43,350 bases of DNA from Thermoanaerobaculia bacterium (GTDB lineage Bacteria; Acidobacteriota; Thermoanaerobaculia; Gp7-AA8), in contig JBQCJC010000419.1 in assembly GCA_051953135.1 (NCBI GenBank), positions 1-43,350 of the forward strand. The letters are read 5' to 3'. Below the pieces are notes generated by a model that searched no databases, was not told where the DNA came from, and saw only the letters and a program-made list of their open reading frames with translations. A program made the position numbers and the translations under genes. This document shows positions 1 through 8,644 of this stretch, in pieces. Numbering within the stretch: position 1 is the stretch's first letter; each line of letters begins with the position of its first letter.

Positions 1-13
1 CACCGCACTGTTT

Positions 14-108
14 GGGGGCGGGGGGGGGGGTGGTGGGGGGGTTGGCCCCCCATGGTGTGGGGGGGGCGCGGCCAATGGGGGCGGGGGGGGCTCCCCCCCG
101 CCCCCCCC
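14..108. repeat. G/C homopolymer-rich low-complexity tract: G runs of 5, 11, 7, 8, 5 and 8 nt, then C runs of 7 and 8 nt
   Basis: Read directly. G14-18, G20-30, G35-41, C46-51, G59-66, G77-81, G83-90, C93-99, C101-108. G77-90 and C93-105 can form an all-GC hairpin of about 13 bp. There are at least 4 G-runs of 3 or more, which is G-quadruplex capable. Confidence 0.9.
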
Positions 109-137
109 ACCACGCTCCTGCTAGCATCGCGACCTCG

Positions 138-881
138 ATGACTTACGAAGATCACTTCTCCGGCCACGCCGAGTCGTACGCGAAGCATCGCCCGCGCTAT
201 CCCGAAGAGTTGTACACATGGCTCGCGTCGTTGCCGCGTGAGCGCGAGCTCGCGTGGGACGCAGGCACCGGCAACGGACAAGTGGCCACCGCACTCGCAT
301 CGCACTTCGCGCGCGTCATCGCCACCGATCCGAGCGCCGATCAACTGAGTCACGCGTTACCGCACGAGCGCGTCGAGTATCGCAACGAATCCGCCGATCG
401 CGTGTCGTTGCCCGATGCGTCGGTCGATCTCATCACCGCCGGCGCGGCCGCGCACTGGTTCGATCTCGATCGCTTCTACGCCGAGGTGCGTCGCGTTGCG
501 AAACCGCGCGCGGTGATCGCGTTGTGGTCGTACGGACCGCGCGACGTCGCCGACGCCATCGCACCAATCGTGAATCGCTTTCAGGAAGACATCCTGCGCG
601 ACTACTGGCCCGAGCGCATTCGCTACGTGCACGAGCGCTACGCAACACTGCCCTTCCCCTTCGAGGAAATCGACGCGCCACCCTTCTTCATGAGCGTCGA
701 CTGGACTCTCCGCGAATTCCTCGGCTTCCTCGCCACCTGGTCCGCATCCCAACGCTACCTGCAGGAACACGGCAAACACCCACTCGACGCCGTCGCCACC
801 GATCTCGAACGCGCCTGGGGCGGCATGGACACGCGACAACGCATTACGTGGCCGTTGTTTTTTCGCGTCGGACGCGTTTAA
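138..881 (+). CDS. Class I SAM-dependent methyltransferase
   Basis: Part of ORF 12..881. SAM-binding motif DAGTGNGQVATALASHFARVIATDPS, and later DLITAGAAAHWF. I chose the ATG at 138 (MTYEDHF...) because the upstream 42 codons only translate the G/C homopolymer tract (Gly/Pro junk). Confidence 0.8.
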   Translation: MTYEDHFSGHAESYAKHRPRYPEELYTWLASLPRERELAWDAGTGNGQVATALASHFARVIATDPSADQLSHALPHERVEYRNESADRVSLPDASVDLITAGAAAHWFDLDRFYAEVRRVAKPRAVIALWSYGPRDVADAIAPIVNRFQEDILRDYWPERIRYVHERYATLPFPFEEIDAPPFFMSVDWTLREFLGFLATWSASQRYLQEHGKHPLDAVATDLERAWGGMDTRQRITWPLFFRVGRV

Positions 882-891
882 CGGGTCCGAC

Positions 892-1620
892 TTACGGTTC
901 CTGAATTCGCAGTGAATACTTCGCCAAGGGAGTCGCTTCTTCGGAGCCGAAAAGCGCCAGTTCGTAATCACCGACTTCGTACTTGTCCGTAAAAACCTCG
1001 ATCGGATACGAACCATCGGCGGCGCGCCTGATCCCGCTCCGATTCCAAACCTCATCGCGAGAACCATCCGCGCTCAACACATACAACACGAATCGCGCTT
1101 CCGCCTGTCCGGACTCCGGCCGGTACAACGGCTTCAATAAATATCGCGTATTCGGGAAGAGCACAGCAGGTGGTCCGAAGGATTCGCCGCGCGTCGCGGT
1201 GTCGGCAAACAGCACCTTTTGTACGACCGGGCGGGAAGCCTGCCGAGCGCGTTGCGTCCACACATATCCAGCAATGCTCAGTGCGATCAGAAAACTCGCG
1301 GCAATCGGCAACCATATTCCGATCCTGCGCATCGGAACCACAACCGCCTCTTCGCCCACACGTTCCCGAATTTTCGCAATGTCTGCCTGAACGTCCGCAT
1401 CCGACAACTGGCCGTCGTCGTTCGCGGGAAACGGCGTCGTCATTACATGCGCCAGTTCGGGGTAATACGACAGGCGTTCGCGAACCTCATCCGCGTCCTC
1501 TTCATTCAGATCACCGCGCATCAACGCGTCGACTTCATCGAACGTCGGCGGGATCACTTCGCGACGACGTTCCTCGCGACGTTTGTGTACAGCAGCATCC
1601 AGATCCGATTTGGTAATCAT
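892..1620 (-). CDS. Putative single-pass membrane anti-sigma factor (partner of the ECF sigma)
   Basis: ORF 892..1623. Its start (GTG 1623 or ATG 1620) overlaps the sigma-factor stop (GTGATG). It has a charged N-terminal cytoplasmic region, one TM segment (IGIWLPIAASFLIALSIAGYVW) and an extracytoplasmic C-terminal domain. There is no HxxxCxxC zinc motif, so the assignment rests on position and topology. Confidence 0.5.
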   Translation of the reverse strand: MITKSDLDAAVHKRREERRREVIPPTFDEVDALMRGDLNEEDADEVRERLSYYPELAHVMTTPFPANDDGQLSDADVQADIAKIRERVGEEAVVVPMRRIGIWLPIAASFLIALSIAGYVWTQRARQASRPVVQKVLFADTATRGESFGPPAVLFPNTRYLLKPLYRPESGQAEARFVLYVLSADGSRDEVWNRSGIRRAADGSYPIEVFTDKYEVGDYELALFGSEEATPLAKYSLRIQEP

Positions 1621-2171
1621 CACTCCTCCCCCGGTCCTTCAGGGATCTCTGGTAATCCCTCGAGGCCGTCGTCCAGCAACTCCTTCAGCCGGTTCCGTCC
1701 GGCGTGGAGCCGCGATTTCACCGCAGAGATCGAAATGTGCAGAAGGTCACCGATCTCTTTAATTGAGAGGTCATCGACATAGAAATATTCGATACAGAAC
1801 CTTTGCCTTGGATCGAGCCGATCGAGCGCACCGCGGATAAGACGTCGGGTTTCATCCCGACGAAGAATGTCCGCCGGGCCTGGGTCTTTCGACGGTAAAT
1901 CGACGAGCACGGATTCCGAGACTTCCGTTCCGCTTCGTTTCGCAGCGCCTTGATCGCGACGAAAGTTGTACGCGAGGCGACGAGCGATTTGCTCGAGGTA
2001 ATTCCATTTCGCTTCGCCACGATAGTCATCCTTGCTCTTAAGGACACGAACAAAGACGTCCTGGGCCACATCCCGCGCCGCGTCCCCAAGCCCGAGCTGA
2101 CGCAGAAAAGTCAGCAATTTTGGGTAATACCGGGTCAATACCTCGAGACGTTCGTCTTCGCCGTTGGCCAT
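1620..2171 (-). CDS. ECF-type RNA polymerase sigma factor (sigma-70 family group 4)
   Basis: 183 aa. Region 2-like DVAQDVFVRVLKSKDDYRGEAKWNYLEQIARRLAYNFRRD. Region 4 HTH DPRQRFCIEYFYVDDLSIKEIGDLLHISISAVKSRLHAGRNRLKELL. AGGA lies upstream of the ATG. Confidence 0.9.
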   Translation of the reverse strand: MANGEDERLEVLTRYYPKLLTFLRQLGLGDAARDVAQDVFVRVLKSKDDYRGEAKWNYLEQIARRLAYNFRRDQGAAKRSGTEVSESVLVDLPSKDPGPADILRRDETRRLIRGALDRLDPRQRFCIEYFYVDDLSIKEIGDLLHISISAVKSRLHAGRNRLKELLDDGLEGLPEIPEGPGEE

Positions 2172-2236
2172 TGCGTTCCTATATCATTAACTAACTCATT
2201 CGTCCGGTAAACAGTTGCACCTTTGCGGAGAGAGGT
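2172..2236. promoter_or_regulatory. Divergent intergenic region between the ECF sigma gene and the TPR-CHAT gene; promoters presumed
   Basis: 65-bp spacer, locally AT-rich (tatatcattaactaactcatt) in a GC-rich window. It ends with the RBS GGAGAGAGG upstream of the 2237/2240 start. I could not identify a convincing -35/-10 or ECF GGAAC...CGTC pair by eye. Confidence 0.3.
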
Positions 2237-5200
2237 GTGATGCACAATTCCTTAACGCCTGGGTTCCGGCGAACGGTCATCCTTTCGCTGGCCGCAGGCC
2301 TGCTCACAATGCATTGCGAACGCGAGCGAGCGATCGCGCCGAGTTCCAGCGAAGATGCAAAGCCCCCGGAGGTCCTGCGCGTCACAGAGGCACGACTGTC
2401 CGGCTTTGGTATCTGGCACCAATGCACCGCCGTCGCGCGGAAAGACGCGCTCATCGCTTCCGTCTCCTGTGGCCCGGCAACCATTCCCCCTGATCTGGTG
2501 TCGATACCGGACGGTGGATGCAATCGGCCCATGAAGACGATGATCGACGCTGTGCGACAGCTCGCCTATGTGCCTGCATGCACAGACAAAGCGATTGCGA
2601 AACTGGAATCACTGGCGCTTCCCAATCGCGACGCCGCGGCATTGAGCAACCTGTCTGCCGCGTACTACGTTCGCGCTCAACGGACGGATCAACCAGCCGA
2701 CATCGTGCGCGCCCACGACGCGGCATTGGTTGCGACAGAGATCGCACCGTCAATGCCAGAGGCGGTCTTCAATCGTGCACTGGTCGAAGAAGCGCTTGGG
2801 TTTGTTCCAGACGCGATTGCATCGTGGGACAGTCTGCGCAAAAGCCCAATTGACGACGGCTGGGCCAAAGAAGCCCGCTCGCACTGGGCGCGGCTGACGA
2901 AAGAACAAACGATCGCTCGCGCCATGGCCTGGCCACTTCACGAACAGCGATTACCGGAGCTCGCACGCGCCCACGATCGAAACGCAATCCGGCTATTGAT
3001 TCAGCCGTATCAGGATGCTGCACAACGGCTCGTCGAAGAAACGATCCTCACCGAGTGGGCGAAGGCAGCATTGACGGGTGACGAGAAAACGGCCAGTGAC
3101 CGTCTCGTAATTGCCGCGGAAATCGCCGCCGCGCATCAACAACTGGCGCACGACAACTATTTGCTGGACGCGGTCAATGTCGCGAAGAACACGACCGATC
3201 CCGTCAAACGCGCGGCCTTGATTCGCGGACACATCGCATTCAGCGAGGGCCGTGTAATCGAGAGAACGTTTCAAGCGAATGCGGCCGAGAAATTCGTCAG
3301 GGCCGAGGCACAGCTGGCAATCGCCGGCAGTCCCGTGAGACTGAAGGCGATGATCGTGCGCGCATCGTCGTTGCTCGTCAGCGGCAAGTCCGACGAAGCG
3401 ACGGCGCTGCTGAAGCGCGTTGCGCGCGAAGCAGAGCACCGGCATTACAAAACTTTGCTTGGGCGCGTACACGCCGGCTACGGCCTGGCTGCGACGCTGC
3501 AGAGTCGCTGGCTCGACGCGCTGGTTTCCTATTCGAAAGCCGAATCGTTCTTCGAGGACGCACAGGACAACGAAAACGTCACCAATGCGCTCAGTCGCAA
3601 AATCGGCGTGCTTCGGTTCATCGGCAATCACTCGCTGACATGGCGCGAGGTCTTTCGTGCCCGAAGTGGCGCACGCGCACTCGCCGATCCGCAGTCTCGC
3701 CACTTCTTCCTCGGTGAGAGCGCGTTGTGCGCACTGGAGCTCGGCTACCCGCGTGTCGCACTGCGTTATCAAAACTCTGCGGTGACGCTACTGGAGAACG
3801 AGCTTGCCGCGCATGGCAATGATGAGGCCCTTGTTCCACGATTGCGCGGCAATCTCAGCATCGCCCTTCGCGGGCGCGCCGCAATTCATGCGCATCTTGG
3901 AAACAACAAAGATGCCGAAGAAGACCTTCGAGGCGCATTTCATCGAATCGAGGCGGATATGCCGCTCGAGGATGCCTCGATCCTGAACGGGTTTCGCGCG
4001 CGACTTTCCGAGGTTCGGGCTCAAACGCTTGCGCCATCGGATCGCCAGGCGGCCATCGGCGCCTTGACGCAGGGGATTGGCTTTGCGTCCAAAACACATT
4101 TCCGATCCATGCGGGCATCGCTCCTCGTTCAACGCGCGCGCCTTTACCGGCTTGCGCATGAACGCGACAAGGAACTGATCGACCTGCGCAACGCGCTGGA
4201 CGAGTTACAACAGGAAGAGATGGCCGCGGTCACCAGCTCCGCCGCCAAAAAAGGCGCGCTTCCTACTGAAAAGATGTGGTCCTCGTACTTCGCGCGTTAT
4301 CAGGATTCGTATCGGCAGGTCATTCAGGCACTCATTGAAAACGGCGACGATCGCTCGGCATTCGATTATGCAGAACGGGCACGCGCGTTCGAGCCCTTGC
4401 ATCTGATTCTGAGTCGCAACGACGTGCCGGTGGATTTTCGCAGGCGCATTCACAATGGAAAACCGTTCAGCATTGGCGATGTCGAAGAGATCCTGCCGGC
4501 CAACACCTTTCTGCTGCAGTACAGCGTGCTCGAAGAGCACACGTACGTATGGATCGTGTGGAACGGCGACTTCGTACGCACGACGCTGCCGATCGGCAAT
4601 GAAGCAATCGGCCGATGGACCACGGCTCTGCAGCAATTCGCGTTTCATCGTGATGCCGAGAGTTTCGCCGCGGCACTGAATGCGCCTTATGACGCGTTGC
4701 TGAGAGAACCGCTCGCGCGCGTGGCCAAGCTCAGGAAGCGCGGTACGGTCCCGAAAGTCGTCATCGTTCCGGACCGGATGATGCACGGGCTGCCGTTTTC
4801 CGCTTTGCGTGATGGAACCCGGCACGTCGTTCAGGATTTCTCTGTTTCGGTCGAAGCGAGTGCCACTCTGTACGCTTATTCAAAAGCGCTCAATGACGCG
4901 CGAACGTCGATGCAACCACAATCGGCGTTACTGGTCGCCGATCCCGCGTTCGATCCTGCACTCGAATTGACGCAAAAACTCGATCGCCTGCCATTCGCAC
5001 GGGACGAGGCATCGAGAATCGCCGCACTGTACGAATCGGAACTGGACGTCCATCCTTTGCCCGATACGGATGCGACGATCCCTGAATTTCTCCGGCTCGC
5101 GCATGACAGCGCGATCGTTCACATCGCCGCGCACGGCGTGGCCAATCCCGATACTCCTTCGAGCTCATTTCTCCTGTTTGCGCCGGATGAACAAAATACC

Positions 5201-5584
5201 GGCGTTCTGGAGGCGGTGCGACTGCTGCAGGATCTGCGGCTGACACAGGCCCGGCTCGTCGTCGTTGCAGCATGCAGCAGCGCGGCGGGTACACCAGTCG
5301 GTCCGGAAGGCGTCGCACCAATCGTTCGTCCGCTGATTGCAGCCGGTGCACCCGGCGTAGTCGGCACATTGTGGAACGTCAGTGAGAATCCGGCTACGGC
5401 CGAGCTGCTGATCCGCTTCCACCGCCATTATCGCGACGGTATGGATGCCGATGACGCATTGCGTCAGACACAACGGGACATGCTCGAGGATCCGGACCTC
5501 GCGCGTAGCTCCGTCATCGTCTGGGCGCCGTTCCAGTTCATCGGCTTTGCGTCCTCGCCGTTCGCGAAAGACACAAGGAGATGA
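2237..5584 (+). CDS. TPR-repeat / CHAT-domain protein (caspase-fold protease), N-terminal signal or anchor
   Basis: 1115 aa, GTG 2237 or ATG 2240 after GGAGAGAGG. N-terminus RRTVILSLAAGLLTM is hydrophobic. The long helical repeat region is TPR-like. C-terminal CHAT motifs: KVVIVPDRMMHGLPFSAL, LLVADPAF, VHIAAHG (His), LVVVAACSSA (Cys), GAPGVVGTLWNVSE. Confidence 0.88.
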   Translation: MMHNSLTPGFRRTVILSLAAGLLTMHCERERAIAPSSSEDAKPPEVLRVTEARLSGFGIWHQCTAVARKDALIASVSCGPATIPPDLVSIPDGGCNRPMKTMIDAVRQLAYVPACTDKAIAKLESLALPNRDAAALSNLSAAYYVRAQRTDQPADIVRAHDAALVATEIAPSMPEAVFNRALVEEALGFVPDAIASWDSLRKSPIDDGWAKEARSHWARLTKEQTIARAMAWPLHEQRLPELARAHDRNAIRLLIQPYQDAAQRLVEETILTEWAKAALTGDEKTASDRLVIAAEIAAAHQQLAHDNYLLDAVNVAKNTTDPVKRAALIRGHIAFSEGRVIERTFQANAAEKFVRAEAQLAIAGSPVRLKAMIVRASSLLVSGKSDEATALLKRVAREAEHRHYKTLLGRVHAGYGLAATLQSRWLDALVSYSKAESFFEDAQDNENVTNALSRKIGVLRFIGNHSLTWREVFRARSGARALADPQSRHFFLGESALCALELGYPRVALRYQNSAVTLLENELAAHGNDEALVPRLRGNLSIALRGRAAIHAHLGNNKDAEEDLRGAFHRIEADMPLEDASILNGFRARLSEVRAQTLAPSDRQAAIGALTQGIGFASKTHFRSMRASLLVQRARLYRLAHERDKELIDLRNALDELQQEEMAAVTSSAAKKGALPTEKMWSSYFARYQDSYRQVIQALIENGDDRSAFDYAERARAFEPLHLILSRNDVPVDFRRRIHNGKPFSIGDVEEILPANTFLLQYSVLEEHTYVWIVWNGDFVRTTLPIGNEAIGRWTTALQQFAFHRDAESFAAALNAPYDALLREPLARVAKLRKRGTVPKVVIVPDRMMHGLPFSALRDGTRHVVQDFSVSVEASATLYAYSKALNDARTSMQPQSALLVADPAFDPALELTQKLDRLPFARDEASRIAALYESELDVHPLPDTDATIPEFLRLAHDSAIVHIAAHGVANPDTPSSSFLLFAPDEQNTGVLEAVRLLQDLRLTQARLVVVAACSSAAGTPVGPEGVAPIVRPLIAAGAPGVVGTLWNVSENPATAELLIRFHRHYRDGMDADDALRQTQRDMLEDPDLARSSVIVWAPFQFIGFASSPFAKDTRR

Positions 5585-5587
5585 GGA

Positions 5588-6658
5588 ATGGAATTCATAC
5601 TGAGGATTTTCTTCAGCGGCTTGATCTCGTTCGTTCCGAGCGCCGACGGCAAAGAGCTCACCGTATTGATGATCAAGACCCCGCACACGTACAAGATGGC
5701 CGACGGTTCAGATCTCGCCCATCACCGGCCGCTGTTTCTTGCTCGTTCGTCAAAATTTAAAGACACCTGCCGCGAAGACGACTACAGCTCAATCGCACAA
5801 TATCTTTACAGCAACAAAACGCCGCGCGACGCGTTCAATGCCCTCAATGGCGCGCTCCTCGGCGGTGCCGCATGGGAACTCGCCGACGCGGAACTGCATG
5901 TAGTCGGCCCGGAAGATCCGCTGGCGATCCGCATGGGCGCGCGCGGACGAGATGCGAATGGCGCGCTGCATCGCGTTCCGACGACACCGGAAGAACGCGA
6001 AGACTTCACCTGGGTCGCCGATATGACCGAGCTCGCGCCATCAACGCAAGGCTTCAAATCGTCTCTTACCGGAACTTCCGATCCGGGAGACCTCGTCGCC
6101 GCGCGTCTGAAGCTGACGAGCGGTGAAGTTCTCACGTATTCGATCGTGAAGGTCGATCAAATGGCGCGGCCCATCTATTTCCGCCAGCCCTCGGGCGCAG
6201 GTCCGGATGCGCCATATTCACAAGCAGTTGCGACGTGGGTCGAAGCAAAGATCCGCGTGCCGGGAAGTTCATTGGAGATCGTCGACAAGAACATTCACGA
6301 CGGCACATACCGCCGCAAGATGTCTCTTACGCCGGTCAATGGCGTTGTCGAAATCGCGCTACTGAATTTGCCACCACTCACGCCTCCGGATCCTGAAGCC
6401 GTGACCGCGGCCCCGCTGCCTGGACAGCATTTTCAGATCTACTACGACCTCACCAAAACACCGCCCGCACAATCCGCGCGCCTCGTGCCACACCTGCCGC
6501 TCCAGGCCGTTCCATCCGATCCGGAACAGGAATGGGGCACCCTGCATGTGCGCACGTCGAACCTGTGGTACTCGAATCTGCTCGAGATGCTCGGCCTCAA
6601 TCCACGCGGGAAAAAAGGCCCATACGAAATTGCGCTCTGTCCGATCACGAGGGAATGA
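5588..6658 (+). CDS. Hypothetical protein, translationally coupled to the CHAT gene
   Basis: 356 aa. ATG lies 3 nt after the CHAT stop, with AAGGAG upstream. Hydrophobic N-terminus (ILRIFFSGLISFVPSA). I recognise no family motif. Confidence 0.6.
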   Translation: MEFILRIFFSGLISFVPSADGKELTVLMIKTPHTYKMADGSDLAHHRPLFLARSSKFKDTCREDDYSSIAQYLYSNKTPRDAFNALNGALLGGAAWELADAELHVVGPEDPLAIRMGARGRDANGALHRVPTTPEEREDFTWVADMTELAPSTQGFKSSLTGTSDPGDLVAARLKLTSGEVLTYSIVKVDQMARPIYFRQPSGAGPDAPYSQAVATWVEAKIRVPGSSLEIVDKNIHDGTYRRKMSLTPVNGVVEIALLNLPPLTPPDPEAVTAAPLPGQHFQIYYDLTKTPPAQSARLVPHLPLQAVPSDPEQEWGTLHVRTSNLWYSNLLEMLGLNPRGKKGPYEIALCPITRE

Positions 6659-6668
6659 CACCATTGAT

Positions 6669-6706
6669 AATGACGGCCTGCGCGGCGCAGGCCGTCATTT
6701 CTTTCG
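6669..6706. terminator. Perfect 15+15 nt palindrome followed by a T-rich run; probable (bidirectional) intrinsic terminator between convergent genes
   Basis: AATGACGGCCTGCGC-G-GCGCAGGCCGTCATT (6669..6699) followed by TCTTTC. It starts 11 nt after the stop of 5588..6658. Its right arm overlaps the stop codon (6695..6697) of the minus-strand caspase gene. Confidence 0.7.
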
Positions 6707-8560
6707 CTCCACGAGGTAATAACTCGCTTCCTTCGAAACACCATCACTCAGGGCGTGCTGTCTTGGATGGCCGTCGAAATCGAGATAGAACACATTTCCG
6801 GACCGGCACCAGACCGAGATTTCTCTGCGGCCGTTCTGCTCGACAATATTCAGACGATCAATGATCTGTCGCGCCGGAAGAATGATCCCGTACCAGAGCT
6901 CTGTGCCTCGCTGAATTCCGGCCGCGTAAGGCGGCGCTTCACCCGCCACGTGTTTCGGATCGAGAGCAAAAACGGCGTCGACATAGCCATCCATTTTCAA
7001 CGGACCACGAAGATCATTATTGACAGCAGCCACGATGATGCGCGGATCGGCACTATCCGTCGGTGCACCAATGACGAGGCGGTGCATGTGTCCCGGGTGC
7101 CAGTACGACGCAAGCAGCTTACCGGTGTAATCGAAAATCGTCAGGCGGGACGGATACCATCCTTCCGCGTCGATTGATAACGCGACGATCTCGCGCTTCC
7201 CGGTACGAAACAGATCGCCGGTTGCCATCGCGAGGATGGCCATCTGGCCAGCGCGCGATCGGTCGTAAACGGATTCTCCAGCGGTATCACGCGTCCATCG
7301 CAGTCGTCCCGCGGCATCGAATACGAACAAGTGCCCTGCATCCGCACCATCACCAGCGACAGCGAGAACGATTTCCGGCTTCCCGTCACCATCCAGATCC
7401 GACAGTTCGGCGTGTTGTAGTTGTCCTCGCACGATACCGCCCCACAATGGGACGCCGGCGGCATTGAAAACCTGAAATCCATTGCCTTCCTTCTCGACGC
7501 GCGCGACATCCATCCGCGAGATCGTGTCCATGTGAGCAATGAGCGCCTGCAACTGAGCCATTACGCGAGTGATCTGCAATGCCATCGATGAGGAATCACT
7601 TCCACAAACCGCAAGAGGCATGGCCCGGCCATCCTGATCCGTAGTGACCTGGATACCTGCTTTGACCGCGCCGTCTTTGTGCTTTCGCACCCACGTAAGA
7701 ACACGTTGATTGACGAAATCAGCCAGCGATTCCACGGTAATCAAGCCGCGAGCGTCGGTATCCGCGGCGCATCGCAAACCGTCCAGCATCGCCGCGGTAA
7801 AAACACCGTTCTTTCGCTCATCGTCGTCGAACGCAAAAGAGCCCTGTGCGGCCGCATAAAACGTCGCGTTTCCATGCGCCTTCCCTAACGCCGTCAACAG
7901 CGGCGCCGCGGAGTCAGGATCGGCTGTCGTCGCACGAGCACGTGCGCTGATCCGGCTCCGGCATGTGTCCAGAAGAATCAGCGAGCGTGATGCATCGGAG
8001 GTCGTGACGATATCGAAGATCTTACTGATCGACACCGCGGTCTCGTGATGCTGCAGCAGTGAGCTGGATGCGAGCGCGAACGGCTCGCCATCAACACTGA
8101 AGCCGTGCGTCGCAATACCGACAATGAAAATGCCGTTCCGGCCGGCGCGCCGGGACTGACGGTCCAGCAGCGAAAGAATGTCTGGTTGCTCCGCCGGCTT
8201 GATTTCAGCGCCCGCCGCCCGCAACGCCTCGAGCCTTTGTTGTGACTCCGCCTTCCGAGGATCACCGGATAGTGCAAGAGCCACGCGCTGCGGGATTACC
8301 AGCGATGGGGTGCGCCCGAGCGCAACCTCGTACGCAAGGTCGATCGCATCATCCACCGCATAGCGCACCTCTGTCAGGTCCGGATCATGTGTAAAGCGGC
8401 GAACACCTACAAACAACGCGGCCGATTGAGAAGGATCGTGAACTCCTCCGATTTCCTCCGCAGATTCCGGAAGCGCCGCCGAGCGCACTCCTTGCGCATG
8501 ACTCGGAAGTTCGGCAGCCAGCCAGAGAACAAACGCGAATCGCCGCAAAAACACTCGCAT
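6695..8560 (-). CDS. Secreted caspase-family (peptidase C14) protein with C-terminal FG-GAP/VCBS-like repeats
   Basis: ORF 6695..8629, trimmed to ATG 8560 (GGAGAGAG 6 nt upstream). This gives the signal peptide MRVFLRRFAFVLWLAAELPSHA. Caspase dyad contexts: IFIVGIATHGF (His) and LILLDTCRS (Cys). C-terminal repeats include DLDGDGKPEIVLAVAGDG and ATGDLFRTGKREIVALS. Confidence 0.82.
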   Translation of the reverse strand: MRVFLRRFAFVLWLAAELPSHAQGVRSAALPESAEEIGGVHDPSQSAALFVGVRRFTHDPDLTEVRYAVDDAIDLAYEVALGRTPSLVIPQRVALALSGDPRKAESQQRLEALRAAGAEIKPAEQPDILSLLDRQSRRAGRNGIFIVGIATHGFSVDGEPFALASSSLLQHHETAVSISKIFDIVTTSDASRSLILLDTCRSRISARARATTADPDSAAPLLTALGKAHGNATFYAAAQGSFAFDDDERKNGVFTAAMLDGLRCAADTDARGLITVESLADFVNQRVLTWVRKHKDGAVKAGIQVTTDQDGRAMPLAVCGSDSSSMALQITRVMAQLQALIAHMDTISRMDVARVEKEGNGFQVFNAAGVPLWGGIVRGQLQHAELSDLDGDGKPEIVLAVAGDGADAGHLFVFDAAGRLRWTRDTAGESVYDRSRAGQMAILAMATGDLFRTGKREIVALSIDAEGWYPSRLTIFDYTGKLLASYWHPGHMHRLVIGAPTDSADPRIIVAAVNNDLRGPLKMDGYVDAVFALDPKHVAGEAPPYAAGIQRGTELWYGIILPARQIIDRLNIVEQNGRREISVWCRSGNVFYLDFDGHPRQHALSDGVSKEASYYLVERKK

Positions 8561-8644
8561 GACAACTCTCTCCGTTTCTCTCGTGTCATTACCCATGTCG
8601 CTAAAGACACGAAACGCACCCCGGGACATTGAAGAGAGGTCGAG
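8561..8644. promoter_or_regulatory. Divergent intergenic region between the two caspase genes; presumed promoter of the long plus-strand gene run
   Basis: 84-bp spacer with an RBS on both sides (GGAGAGAG on the minus strand; GAAGAGAGG for ATG 8645). It contains the inverted repeat CGTGTC...GACACG. No promoter hexamers are confidently assignable. Confidence 0.3.

Noticed and set aside
12-137. N-terminal 42 codons of ORF 12..881 (TTG start, MGAGGGVVGG...PPRPPHH)
   Set aside because: This is simply the translation of the G/C homopolymer tract. The methyltransferase fold begins after the ATG at 138.
2993-4825. Long antisense ORFs inside the first CHAT gene (2993..3772, 4205..4825). Similar ones occur at 9710..10312, 28591..29280, 29329..29808, 34046..34789, 38957..39622, 39807..40475 and 41594..42451.
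   Set aside because: All lie opposite genes with clear family motifs and have skewed Arg/Ala/Pro composition. No independent support such as an RBS or motifs.
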